Shown: piece after piece, positions 1 to 9,057 of the stretch | Layout of the letters: each line of letters starts with the position of its first letter | Numbering within the stretch: the first letter of the stretch is position 1 | Assembly (NCBI GenBank): GCA_965237955.1 | Contig: OZ250169.1 | Span: forward strand, 4,704,001-4,768,000 | DNA length: 64,000 bases | Direction of reading: 5' to 3' | Source of the DNA: Candidatus Marinacidobacterales bacterium | GTDB lineage: Bacteria; Acidobacteriota; Vicinamibacteria; Marinacidobacterales; SMYC01 | The notes under the pieces: model-generated | Databases searched by the model: none | What the model was told of the DNA's origin: nothing | Seen by the model: only the letters and a program-made list of their open reading frames with translations | Program-made: the position numbers and the translations under genes

Positions 1-1344
1 GATACGCCTGGCCACGAAGCGTTCACCATGATGCGGGCCCGTGGCGCCGGGGTGACCGATCTCGTGGTTCTCGTCGTGGCGGCGGATGACGGCGTCATGC
101 CGCAAACGCGAGAGGCGATCGACCACGCGCGTGCCGCCAAAGTCCCTGTCCTCGTCGCCATCAACAAGATCGACAAGCCAAACGTCAACCCCGATCGGGT
201 CAGACAGCAGCTCAACGAGCTCGAGCTCGTGCCCGAAGATTGGGGCGGTAACACCGTGTTCGTCGAGGTCTCAGCGAAGAAGCGGGAGGGTTTGGATCTC
301 CTGTTGGAGATGATCCTTCTCGTCGCGGACCTCCGTGAGCTCAAAGCGAATCCCGAACGCGCGGGCATGGGCACGGTGCTCGAAGCCAAGCTCGACAAGG
401 GCAAAGGTCCGGTGGCTCACGTGCTCATCCAGAACGGAAGCGTCGAGATCGGCGATCCGTTCATCGCGGGGGCGGTTCACGGAAAAGTTCGCGCCATGCT
501 GGACGATCGCGGGCACAAGGTCAAAAAGGTCGGGCCTTCGTCTCCAGTGGAGATCCTCGGGCTGACCTCGCTTCCCCAAGCCGGCGATCAGTTCCAGGTC
601 TTCGGCGACAGCTTCAAGGCGCGACAGATTTCGGAGTTGCGCCAACAGAAGCTCCGCGAGCGTGAATTGGCGTCGTCGGCGCGCCTAACCCTGGACCACC
701 TGCACCAGCAAGTCCAGGAAGGTAATGTTAAGGACCTTCCGATTATCGTCAAGGCGGACGTGCAAGGCTCGGCCGAGGTTCTAACCAACACTTTGCAAAA
801 ACTCTCCACCGAAAAAGTGAAGATCAAGATCATTCTTGCCGGCGTCGGCGCCATCACCGACAACGACGTCACCCTCGCGCTGGCTTCGAACGCCGTCATC
901 ATCGGTTTCAACATCCGGCCCGAGCGCTCGGCCGAGGAGCTGGCCGCCAAAGAGAACATCGATATCCGTCTGCACACGGTCATCTACAACATCACTGACG
1001 AGCTCAAGAAAGCCATGGAAGGTCTTCTCGAACCTACGTTCACAGAGGTCACGTTGGGCCGCGCCGAAGTTCGCGACACCTTCAAGGTGCCCAAAATCGG
1101 TGTCGTCGCTGGCTGCTACGTGTCGGACGGCAAAGTGCTGCGCAACGCGGACGTTCGGCTGCTTCGCGACAACGTCGTCGTGTTCGAAGGCAAAATCGGA
1201 AGCCTCAGGCGCTTCAAGGACGACGCGGGTGAGGTCAAAGAGGGCTTCGAGTGCGGTATCGGTCTTGCCGGCTACAACGACATCAAAGTCGGTGATGTGA
1301 TTGAAGCCTTCACGATGGAGAAGGTGCAGCCTACGACTGCGTAA
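1..1344 (+). CDS. infB: Translation initiation factor IF-2 (5' truncated by window edge)
   Basis: Frame open from base 1: DTPGHEAFT (G3), NKID (G4), [11 protein letters not shown]-terminal [15 protein letters not shown]; followed by DUF503-rbfA-truB. Confidence 0.98.
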   Translation, partial: DTPGHEAFTMMRARGAGVTDLVVLVVAADDGVMPQTREAIDHARAAKVPVLVAINKIDKPNVNPDRVRQQLNELELVPEDWGGNTVFVEVSAKKREGLDLLLEMILLVADLRELKANPERAGMGTVLEAKLDKGKGPVAHVLIQNGSVEIGDPFIAGAVHGKVRAMLDDRGHKVKKVGPSSPVEILGLTSLPQAGDQFQVFGDSFKARQISELRQQKLRERELASSARLTLDHLHQQVQEGNVKDLPIIVKADVQGSAEVLTNTLQKLSTEKVKIKIILAGVGAITDNDVTLALASNAVIIGFNIRPERSAEELAAKENIDIRLHTVIYNITDELKKAMEGLLEPTFTEVTLGRAEVRDTFKVPKIGVVAGCYVSDGKVLRNADVRLLRDNVVVFEGKIGSLRRFKDDAGEVKEGFECGIGLAGYNDIKVGDVIEAFTMEKVQPTTA

Positions 1345-1345
1345 G

Positions 1346-1494
1346 ATTCGGCATCCAGCATTCAGTATCCAGCATTCAGTTCAACTTGCGCGGTGCCGGT
1401 ACTAATCGGGTTCGCTTACCGGCAGGGACGGTGGTCAATTGACAGCGCTACCCACCAGCAGGGCTTGATGTGAACTGAATGCTGGATGCTGAAT
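1346..1494. repeat. Inverted heptamer-repeat element (CATCCAG/CATTCAG)n with internal hairpin
   Basis: Left arm 1346-1383; right arm 1471-1494 is the reverse complement of 1360-1383 at 23/24; internal TGCCGGTA...TACCGGCA stem. Confidence 0.85.
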
Positions 1495-1513
1495 TCCAAT
1501 GCAGCGAAGCACC

Positions 1514-1831
1514 ATGAGCAGCAAAGCATCCAAAGAAGCAGGACGCCCCATCATCGGCCTGCTTACAGTCGAGCTTCATTTCCCGGAGGCGCAGTCGTTG
1601 AAGACGAAGCGCATGGTGGTCAAGTCCATCAAAGACCGCATCCGGCGAAAGTTCAACGTATCCATCGCCGAGACGGGCTATCTCGATTTATGGCAGCGGT
1701 CCGAGCTCGCGGTGGTCTCGGTGTCGGGAGCGCGCCCGGTGCTGGAATCACAGCTCGAAGCGGTCACCCGCGATCTCGAGGTCGAATTCAGCTCCGAGCT
1801 CGTTAAGACGAGCTTTGAGCTCATCGAGTAG
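1514..1831 (+). CDS. DUF503 (YlxP-like) protein
   Basis: IGLLTVELHFPEAQSLKTKR..KFNVSIAE..DLWQRSEL; conserved position between infB and rbfA; start uncertain. Confidence 0.9.
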   Translation: MSSKASKEAGRPIIGLLTVELHFPEAQSLKTKRMVVKSIKDRIRRKFNVSIAETGYLDLWQRSELAVVSVSGARPVLESQLEAVTRDLEVEFSSELVKTSFELIE

Positions 1832-1837
1832 AACCGA

Positions 1838-2254
1838 ATGGCTAGGCAGCGCGGCGAGAGAATCCGACCCGGACGGGTGGCCGAACAACTACGTATGGAC
1901 GTTGCGGATATTCTCCAAAACGATCTGAAGGATCCACGGCTTGGTCTCGTGACTTGCACGAGAGTCGACCTGACGAACGATCTTCGTCACGCAAAGGTTT
2001 ACGTGAGCGTGCTCGGCGAGGAGAAGGACAGCTCGATGCAGGCGCTCGAAAGCGCGACCGGATACGTTCGGCGCCAACTCGCCGGGCGCCTGGGACTGAG
2101 AGTGTCCCCCGAGATCGTCTTCGTGTTCGATCCTTCGGTAGAGTACAGCATCCGACTCGAGGGGCTGATCGAAGAGACCAAACGACGGAGTCCCTCCGAC
2201 GATGATTCGCCCGCGCCGGAGTCGCCCGACGACGGCTTCGCCGAGGAAAGCTGA
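1838..2254 (+). CDS. rbfA: Ribosome-binding factor A
   Basis: LKDPRL..V.LT.DLRHAKVYVS..LRVSPEIVFVFD. Confidence 0.97.
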   Translation: MARQRGERIRPGRVAEQLRMDVADILQNDLKDPRLGLVTCTRVDLTNDLRHAKVYVSVLGEEKDSSMQALESATGYVRRQLAGRLGLRVSPEIVFVFDPSVEYSIRLEGLIEETKRRSPSDDDSPAPESPDDGFAEES

Positions 2255-2280
2255 CGGTCCCTCGCGGCCGATGACGCTGA

Positions 2281-3198
2281 ATGAATGGCGTTCTGCTAGT
2301 CGACAAGCCGTCCGGACCGACGTCGTACGATATCGTGGCACGCGTCCGGCGCATTCTCGATGAGAAACGTTGCGGTCATACCGGCACCCTCGATCCGTTC
2401 GCGACCGGACTCTTGATTTTGTGCCTCGGCCGTGCAACGCGGTTGTCTCGATTTCTCACGGCCGCTTTCAAGAGCTACGTGGCGACGATCCGATTCGGCT
2501 ACGCGACCGATACGTACGATCGCACGGGCACGCCGCTCGGTGATGTCCGCGACTACGAGCCCGAGCGGGACGTCCTCGTGCGCGCACTCTCGAGCTTCGA
2601 GGGCCGCCAGATGCAACGTCCGCCGGCGTTTTCCGCCAAGAAACTCGGCGGCAAACGCCTGTATCAGCTCGCACGGGAAGGCGTCCCGGCCACCGCGCGT
2701 CCCGTCGAGGTCGAGATCCGGGAGCTCGAGCTTCTCGATGTCGAAGGTGCCGAGGCTCGCATCCGGGTAACGGTTTCGAGCGGGACCTATATCCGCTCGC
2801 TGGCGCACGACGTCGGTGAGAAGCTCGGAGCCGGTGCTCATCTCAAAGAGCTCCGGAGGACCGCTATTGCGTCGTTCTCCGTGTCCGAGGCGGTCGATAT
2901 GGAGACGCTCGAGACATTCGGGACATTCGGGACAGGGGGCGCGGTTGCGTCGCTGCTATCGCCCGAAGACGCTTTGAGAGATCTACCCAGCGTCCACGTC
3001 GGGCCCGATGCCGCCCGACGGCTCGTGAACGGCCAACCCCCACGATGGGACGAGATTGGCTCGACTTGGGACGTCCAGGCTGCGCCCCGCCATATTCGCG
3101 TGCTCGGTCCCTCGGGCGAGCTGTTAGCGGTGGGTGGGCCCGATGAACGGGGCATTCGCCCGCTGGTCGTTTGGGGGCAAAGCGCGAAAAACACCTAA
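2281..3198 (+). CDS. truB: tRNA pseudouridine(55) synthase
   Basis: DKPSGPTS, GHTGTLDPFATG, PPAFSAKK..GKRLY, SGTYIRSL. Confidence 0.98.
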   Translation: MNGVLLVDKPSGPTSYDIVARVRRILDEKRCGHTGTLDPFATGLLILCLGRATRLSRFLTAAFKSYVATIRFGYATDTYDRTGTPLGDVRDYEPERDVLVRALSSFEGRQMQRPPAFSAKKLGGKRLYQLAREGVPATARPVEVEIRELELLDVEGAEARIRVTVSSGTYIRSLAHDVGEKLGAGAHLKELRRTAIASFSVSEAVDMETLETFGTFGTGGAVASLLSPEDALRDLPSVHVGPDAARRLVNGQPPRWDEIGSTWDVQAAPRHIRVLGPSGELLAVGGPDERGIRPLVVWGQSAKNT

Positions 3199-3208
3199 AA
3201 CGTAACTC

Positions 3209-3237
3209 TTTACAGCCCTTTGGCGCTGTGCTACGAT
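3209..3237 (+). promoter_or_regulatory. Sigma70-type promoter of rpsO-pnp
   Basis: TTTACA-17 bp-TACGAT with extended -10 TG at 3229-3230. Confidence 0.65.
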
Positions 3238-3288
3238 GCCGGAGATAGTATAGGAAAGGAAAAAGAGTAGAATCGCGGAGGACCTTAT

Positions 3289-3558
3289 TTGACGCTCACC
3301 AAGGACAAAAAGACCGATCTGATCGGAGAATACCAGCTTCACGGCTCGGACACAGGCTCACCAGAAGTACAAATTGCCATTCTAAGTGAGCGCATTGGCT
3401 ACCTCACCGAGCACTTCAAGACCCACAGCAAAGACCATCATTCGCGTCGCGGCCTCTTGAAAATGGTCGGCCAGAGGCGCCGATTGCTGGACTACCTGAA
3501 GAAGAAAGACGTTAGCCGCTATCGAGGCGTTATCCAGCGGCTCGGAATCCGCAAATAA
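3289..3558 (+). CDS. rpsO: 30S ribosomal protein S15
   Basis: [34 protein letters not shown]; GGAGG RBS, TTG start. Confidence 0.99.
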   Translation: MTLTKDKKTDLIGEYQLHGSDTGSPEVQIAILSERIGYLTEHFKTHSKDHHSRRGLLKMVGQRRRLLDYLKKKDVSRYRGVIQRLGIRK

Positions 3559-3812
3559 AATGGATTCATCACCTGGCTCGATTGCCATGTGGTGTCGTTT
3601 GACTTCGGGCGGACTCTTAGCCCGCTCCCGTGCGCCGGTCTTCGTTTATCCGATATACCCTCGGTCCTCCGGTCCCTGCTAACTGGCGAGACCATCCTTG
3701 GTTTGGACGTCGTCCCGATGACGATGCCCCCCGTCCCAGCGTGGCGCTTCCTGTGTAATCGCCTCGTGCCATTTTCGGCGGGGCCTCCGATTGGATTCGA
3801 GAGGAGAATTAA

Positions 3813-6029
3813 ATGATTCATCGAAAAGAGGTGGAGATAGGCGGAACCACCGTGTCCATCGAAATGGGCAAACTCGCCAAACAAGCCAACGGTGCAGCCG
3901 TCGTGCGCATGGGCGACACGGTCGTGCTCGTCACCGCCTGTATGTCCAAAGATGCACGGGAGGGCGTCACCTTTCTGCCGCTCACCGTCGACTACCGCGA
4001 GAGCTTCTATGCCGCCGGCAAGATCCCCGGCGGTTTCTTCAAACGGGAAGGGCGTCCGAACGAAAAAGAGGTCTTGACCAGCCGTTTGATTGATAGACCG
4101 CTCCGACCCCTTTTCCCGGACGGATGGCACTACGAGACCCAGGTCATTGGGCTCGTGCTTTCCACCGACAAGGAGAACGACGCCGACGTTCTCGCGCTGA
4201 CGGGTGCATCGACGGCTCTCTACTGCTCGGACATCGCGTTCACGACGCCGATCGCGGCCGTGCGAATAGGTATCATCGGCGGTGAGTTCGTTGCCAACCC
4301 GACGTTCGAACAGGTCAAGAGCAGCGATCTCGACCTTATCGTCGCGGGCTCCAAGGAAGCGATCGTCATGGTCGAGGCCGGCGCGAACGACGTGTCCGAA
4401 GCGAAGATGGTAGAAGCTCTCGGTTTCGCGCACGAGGAGATCAAGAAACTCGTCACGCTCCAGGAAGAGCTCTATAAAGCCATCGCTCCGGTAAAGCGGG
4501 AAGTCGCGCCTCGGGAGCAAAACGTTGCTCTGGAAAAAGAGATCGAAGAAAAACTCTACACCAAGCTCCAGGAAGCGATGCGCACGGAGGGCAAACTTGC
4601 TGCCGAGAGTGCCGTCGATGTCATCAAGGCCGAGCTGAAGGAAGAATTTGCGGAGAGGGAGCCCGAAGAGCTCGCCCTGGTCTCTGGGATCTTCAAGGGG
4701 CTTCAAGAGAAAGCGCTACGGCAAGAAGTCCTCGAAAAGCGTCAGCGGCTCGATGGGCGCGCGTTCGACGCGGTGCGCGAGATCACGTGTGAGGTCGGCG
4801 TGTTGCCGCGAACCCACGGCTCCTCGGTGTTCACCCGCGGGGAAACGCAAGCGCTCGTCACCGTGACTTTGGGAACGTCGGACGATGCGCAGCGTATGGA
4901 CTTCCTCGAGGGAGATTTCCAGAAGCGCTTCATGCTCCACTACAATTTCCCTCCTTTTTCCGTCGGCGAAGCGCGCTTTCTGCGCGGGCCCGGTCGCCGG
5001 GAGATTGGGCACGGCGCGCTCGCCGAACGAGCGCTGGTTCCGGTCATTCCGTCAGACACGGATTTTCCTTACACGATCCGGATCGTGTCGGACATTCTCG
5101 AGTCGAACGGCTCGTCCTCGATGGCGTCGGTCACCGGCGGGTGTCTCGCGTTGATGGACGCGGGTGTTCCCCTCAAGGCTCCCATTGCGGGTATCGCCAT
5201 GGGTCTCGTCAAAGAAGGTGACAACTACGCCATCCTGACGGACATCGCCGGCGCCGAAGATCACTACGGCGATATGGATTTCAAGGTGGCGGGAACGGTG
5301 AACGGCATCACCGCGCTCCAGATGGACATCAAGATCACCGGTCTGACGCAAGTGCTCGTGGCGGAGGCGCTCGAGCAGGCACGTCAAGCGCGCATGTTCA
5401 TCCTCGAGAAGATGGCGAGCGCTCTTCCGGCGCCGCGGGAGGAGATTTCGACGTTCGCGCCGCGCATCTTCACCCTGCAGATCCCTACCGACAAAATCCG
5501 CGACGTCATCGGACCCGGCGGCAAGATGATTCGGAGCATCATCGAGCGAACCGGTGTGAAGATCGACGTCGAGGACAACGGCACGGTGTCGATCGCTTCG
5601 TCGGACGGAGACGCCGCGAAAAAAGCGATCCAAATCATCGAAGAGCTCACCGCTGTCCCCGAGGTCGGCAAGAAATACTTGGGCAAGGTGGCGCGGATCG
5701 TCGACTTCGGCGCGTTCGTCGAGATCATTCCGGGGACGGATGGGCTGGTTCACGTCTCGGAAGTCGCCGACTACCGCGTCAACGACGTCCATGACGAGCT
5801 GTCCGAGGGAGATCAGATCCTGGTCAAGGTCATCAACATCGATCCCCAGGGGAAAGTGAAGCTTTCGAGGAAAGCGGTGATCCGTGAGCAGGCCGGTTTG
5901 CCGCCGGAGCCTCCTCAAGAGCCGCGACCGCGACGCGATCGTGACGGTCGGGATGGCCGAGGCGATGGTGGCGGAAGATCGAGGCGCCGTCGCCCAGGAG
6001 GCGGAGGCGGCCGCGAAGGTCGAGCCTAA
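3813..6029 (+). CDS. pnp: Polyribonucleotide nucleotidyltransferase (PNPase)
   Basis: FLPLTVDY, SRLIDRPLRPLF, FTRGETQ, SNGSSSMAS, GDMDFKVAG, KH and S1 domains. Confidence 0.99.
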   Translation: MIHRKEVEIGGTTVSIEMGKLAKQANGAAVVRMGDTVVLVTACMSKDAREGVTFLPLTVDYRESFYAAGKIPGGFFKREGRPNEKEVLTSRLIDRPLRPLFPDGWHYETQVIGLVLSTDKENDADVLALTGASTALYCSDIAFTTPIAAVRIGIIGGEFVANPTFEQVKSSDLDLIVAGSKEAIVMVEAGANDVSEAKMVEALGFAHEEIKKLVTLQEELYKAIAPVKREVAPREQNVALEKEIEEKLYTKLQEAMRTEGKLAAESAVDVIKAELKEEFAEREPEELALVSGIFKGLQEKALRQEVLEKRQRLDGRAFDAVREITCEVGVLPRTHGSSVFTRGETQALVTVTLGTSDDAQRMDFLEGDFQKRFMLHYNFPPFSVGEARFLRGPGRREIGHGALAERALVPVIPSDTDFPYTIRIVSDILESNGSSSMASVTGGCLALMDAGVPLKAPIAGIAMGLVKEGDNYAILTDIAGAEDHYGDMDFKVAGTVNGITALQMDIKITGLTQVLVAEALEQARQARMFILEKMASALPAPREEISTFAPRIFTLQIPTDKIRDVIGPGGKMIRSIIERTGVKIDVEDNGTVSIASSDGDAAKKAIQIIEELTAVPEVGKKYLGKVARIVDFGAFVEIIPGTDGLVHVSEVADYRVNDVHDELSEGDQILVKVINIDPQGKVKLSRKAVIREQAGLPPEPPQEPRPRRDRDGRDGRGDGGGRSRRRRPGGGGGREGRA

Positions 6030-6040
6030 ATCAAGACGTC

Positions 6041-6160
6041 CCCGCGAAGCGGGGACATCCGAACACCCCTCTCCCCGATGGGGAGAGGGTCCCGAGCGCA
6101 AGCGAGGGGGGTGAGGGGTGCCCCCCCAAAACTCCGCGCTTCCCGGCACAACGGGGAAGC
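6041..6160. repeat. REP-like palindrome cluster between convergent pnp and groES (probable bidirectional terminator)
   Basis: CCCGCGAAGCGGG hairpin, CCCTCTCCCC-GAT-GGGGAGAGGG hairpin nested in CACCCCTC...GAGGGGTG, GCTTCCC...GGGAAGC. Confidence 0.7.
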
Positions 6161-6169
6161 ACCTGGCCT

Positions 6170-6463
6170 TTACTTACCGACGACGGCGAGGATATCGTCC
6201 TCGCGCAAGATCAAGTATTCGTTCCCCTCGATCTTGACTTCAGTGCCGGCGTACTTGCCGAAAAGCACCTTGTCGCCTTTTTTCACTTCGAGCGCGACCC
6301 GAGTCCCGTTGTCCAGGGTCGTGCCGTTTCCCACCGCGGTGACTTTTCCGCGTTGGGGTTTTTCTTTGGCGGTGTCGGGAATGATGATGCCGCCTCCGGA
6401 CTTCTCTTGGGTTTCCTCGAGACGTTGCACGAGGATACGATCGTGCAGTGGCCGAACCTTCAT
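6170..6463 (-). CDS. groES: Co-chaperonin GroES (no adjacent groEL)
   Basis: [44 protein letters not shown]; AGGAGG RBS. Confidence 0.98.
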   Translation of the reverse strand: MKVRPLHDRILVQRLEETQEKSGGGIIIPDTAKEKPQRGKVTAVGNGTTLDNGTRVALEVKKGDKVLFGKYAGTEVKIEGNEYLILREDDILAVVGK

Positions 6464-6526
6464 CGAACCTCCTTTCGTGAGCGAACGAACTGAAGACTAT
6501 AGTAGGAATTGGACTAAGGATCAATT

Positions 6527-6640
6527 CTGCCTTCAGCCGTCGGCCATCAGCTAGCCTTCGCTTTGGCTGTCGTGCCGTGCCGGTACCGGCGAGGGCGTCC
6601 CAACGCCTCAGTCCCGCTGATGGCGGATGGCCGATGGCAG
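6527..6640. repeat. Inverted heptamer-repeat element (GCCATCA)n/(TGATGGC)n
   Basis: Arms 6527-6551 and 6616-6640 are reverse complements at ~21/25; interior has GCCGGTACCGGC and GGCGT...ACGCC stems. Confidence 0.8.
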
Positions 6641-6642
6641 AT

Positions 6643-6846
6643 CTAACGACGTATCTTCAATTCCTGAAGCTTCTTACTCAACGTGTTTCGGTGAATATGC
6701 AACACCCTTGCGGCGCGGGAGAGGTTGCCTTTCTCGCGTTCGATGACTCGAGAGAGAAATCGCTTTTCGAACTCGCGTTTGGCTTCGGGATAGCGGATGC
6801 CGCCTTCGATCATCTCCATGATCAGCTCGTCCAGCTTCTGCTTCAT
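6643..6846 (-). CDS. Small Fis-family (HTH_8) DNA-binding protein
   Basis: EFEKRFLSRVIEREKGNLSRAARVLHIHRNTLSKKL; alternative start 6882. Confidence 0.88.
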   Translation of the reverse strand: MKQKLDELIMEMIEGGIRYPEAKREFEKRFLSRVIEREKGNLSRAARVLHIHRNTLSKKLQELKIRR

Positions 6847-6886
6847 CGAAGCTCTGCCGTCGGTGGACTTCCGGCTACCCATTTTT

Positions 6887-7789
6887 TTACAAGTCGCTCT
6901 TGCCCGTCAGAGAACGGTAGGCGTGCAGGTAGCGTTCGCGTGTGCCCTCGACGACGTCGGCGGGGAGCTCGGGTCCGGGAGGCTTCTTGTCCCAATCCAA
7001 CGTCTCGAGGAATTCGCGCACGAACTGCTTGTCGAAGCTCGGCTGGTCATGTCCCGGTTCGTAGTCGACCCGCGGCCAAAAGCGCGATGAATCAGGTGTG
7101 AGCACTTCATCGATGAGATAGAGCTCGCCGGTATGTGGATCGCTTCCGAACTCGAACTTGGTGTCGGCGATGATGATGCCCTTGTCCGCGGCTTCGCGCC
7201 GCCCGAGCTCATATAGTTGTAAAGAGATGTTTTTGAGCCGCGCGGTGAGCTCTTCGCCCAAGGCGTCCGCCATGACGGTCTCACTGACGTTGACATCGTG
7301 CCCCGACGTCGCTTTGGCCGCGGGCGTGAACAACGGCGCTTCGAACTTGTCGGCGAGCCGCATGCCCTCGGGCAGCGAGATACCGCACACGCTCTGTTTC
7401 TGCTGGTACTCCTTCCATCCCGAACCGTAGAGATAGCCGCGGACGACACATTCGAACGGCACCGGTTCGAGCTTCGCGACCAACATCGAGCGGAGCGCGA
7501 GCTGTTCGCGGTAGGGTGCCAGCTCGTCCGGGTAGGCGTCGACGTCGCTAGTGACGACGTGGTTTTCGACGAGGTCACGACTCTTGTCGAACCAATACAT
7601 CGAGAGTTGGTTTAGTACTTTTCCTTTGTCGGGAATCCCGTTAGGGAGCACGACATCGAACGCGGATATGCGGTCGGTGGCGACGAGTAACAGATGCTTC
7701 CCGATCTCGTAAATGTCTCGAACCTTGCCCCGCGCGCGCGGAACGAGCCCGCCCAAGTCTGTTTCGATGACAACATTGGCTACCGCCAC
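6887..7789 (-). CDS. purC: SAICAR synthetase
   Basis: RGKVRDIY, ATDRISAFD, ECVVRGYL, IIADTKFEFG, DEVLTPDSSRFW, SFDKQFVR. Confidence 0.98.
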   Translation of the reverse strand: MAVANVVIETDLGGLVPRARGKVRDIYEIGKHLLLVATDRISAFDVVLPNGIPDKGKVLNQLSMYWFDKSRDLVENHVVTSDVDAYPDELAPYREQLALRSMLVAKLEPVPFECVVRGYLYGSGWKEYQQKQSVCGISLPEGMRLADKFEAPLFTPAAKATSGHDVNVSETVMADALGEELTARLKNISLQLYELGRREAADKGIIIADTKFEFGSDPHTGELYLIDEVLTPDSSRFWPRVDYEPGHDQPSFDKQFVREFLETLDWDKKPPGPELPADVVEGTRERYLHAYRSLTGKSDL

Positions 7790-7965
7790 GATAGAATCGA
7801 CGCCTTCTTAGTAGGTTCAGTTGGCTCAGGCGGCTATTTCGAGCCGCAGCGACCCGGTGTTCTCCAATCCAGAGACGCCGACGACTGTACCCCCGACCCC
7901 TCGAGCTGAGGCGGCGTATTGTAGGGAACGTGCGCGAGGACGTCAAGTACTTGTGTGGATCAGTG

Positions 7966-8156
7966 CGGCATACGGCATACGGGTCAGACCAAGGCTTCGC
8001 CGCTAAGAAACGACGCGTTGTCGACAACCACGTCGCCGATCAGGCACGTTGTTTCGGTCGGAGTTCGTGCGAAACGTTGCCGAAGACGGGCACGGTAAGC
8101 ACCGGCGTGCCTTTCCTTGACGGCAAGGCGCGGTTTGACCCGTACGCCGTATACCG
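7966..8156. repeat. Inverted heptamer-repeat element (TACGGCA)n
   Basis: 7966-7986 CGGCATACGGCATACGGGTCA pairs with 8136-8156 TGACCCGTACGCCGTATACCG (19/21); right arm abuts stop codon of 8158 ORF. Confidence 0.75.
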
Positions 8157-8157
8157 A

Positions 8158-9057
8158 CTAAGACTCCTTCAGCACGATCCTGCCATCCATCGTCGTTACC
8201 AAAATAAGTCGACCGCCGGTGCCAAGGGTTCCTTTCACGCGGTTTCGATGTTCGGTACCTTCGAAATGGGAGAGGTTGTTGATGACGCGGCCGTCGCCCG
8301 TGGTCGCGTCGAGCTGCGCGCCAAGGCTTGCGGGGAGGGCGAGCTCGATCGAGCCATCCGATGTGCGAATGCTCCAGTCATTCGAGATCGTCGTGATGTC
8401 GCGCCCGCTCACGCGAACACTGCCATCGGCGGACACCACCCTCAACTGCCCGAAGGTTCCGCCGAGCCGGATGCGGCCATCGCCAGAGAGGACGTCGAAA
8501 TCACCGGCGAGGTTCCTACCGGTGATGGAGCCGTCGCGCGTCCGGAGTCTCACGGTGCCTTCGACGTCCGTAATCCGAATACGACCGTCTCCAGTCTCGG
8601 CGACGATCGTTCCGGAGACACCTCCGATCTCGATGCGGCCGTCCTCGGTGCGGATATCGAGCTCCGTCGACTCCGGTGGAACTCGAATCGCGACGTCGGT
8701 CCAGACGTTTCCACCGAGCGTTACCGCGCTGCGGCCGGTGCGAGCCTTCACCCGCACGACATCGCCGTGTTGAACCGCCTCGGCCCGGATGTTCTCGAGA
8801 AGCGACCGGGCCCCCGCACTATCGGCGGCGCGCGCCCGGTTCTTGAAAACGACCTCGACCACACCCGGTGCTCCGCCGACGACTTCCACGCGTCCATCGT
8901 CGATGCGTACTTCTACGACGGTGCGCTCACCGGTGTCGAACCGAAGCTTCTCGGTCGTGGACTCCTCCACCCGCTGGTGGTCACAGCCGAAGGCGATGAA
9001 CGCGCCGAGGGCCCCGAACAAGACGACGAGCGCCATGGAATCACGCATTTGCCTCAC
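8158..9057 (-). CDS. DUF4097 (beta-helix adhesin-like) exported/lipoprotein
   Basis: Hydrophobic N-terminus ending AFGC (possible lipobox); repeated T.DG.I.I beta-helix turns. Confidence 0.85.
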   Translation of the reverse strand: MRQMRDSMALVVLFGALGAFIAFGCDHQRVEESTTEKLRFDTGERTVVEVRIDDGRVEVVGGAPGVVEVVFKNRARAADSAGARSLLENIRAEAVQHGDVVRVKARTGRSAVTLGGNVWTDVAIRVPPESTELDIRTEDGRIEIGGVSGTIVAETGDGRIRITDVEGTVRLRTRDGSITGRNLAGDFDVLSGDGRIRLGGTFGQLRVVSADGSVRVSGRDITTISNDWSIRTSDGSIELALPASLGAQLDATTGDGRVINNLSHFEGTEHRNRVKGTLGTGGRLILVTTMDGRIVLKES

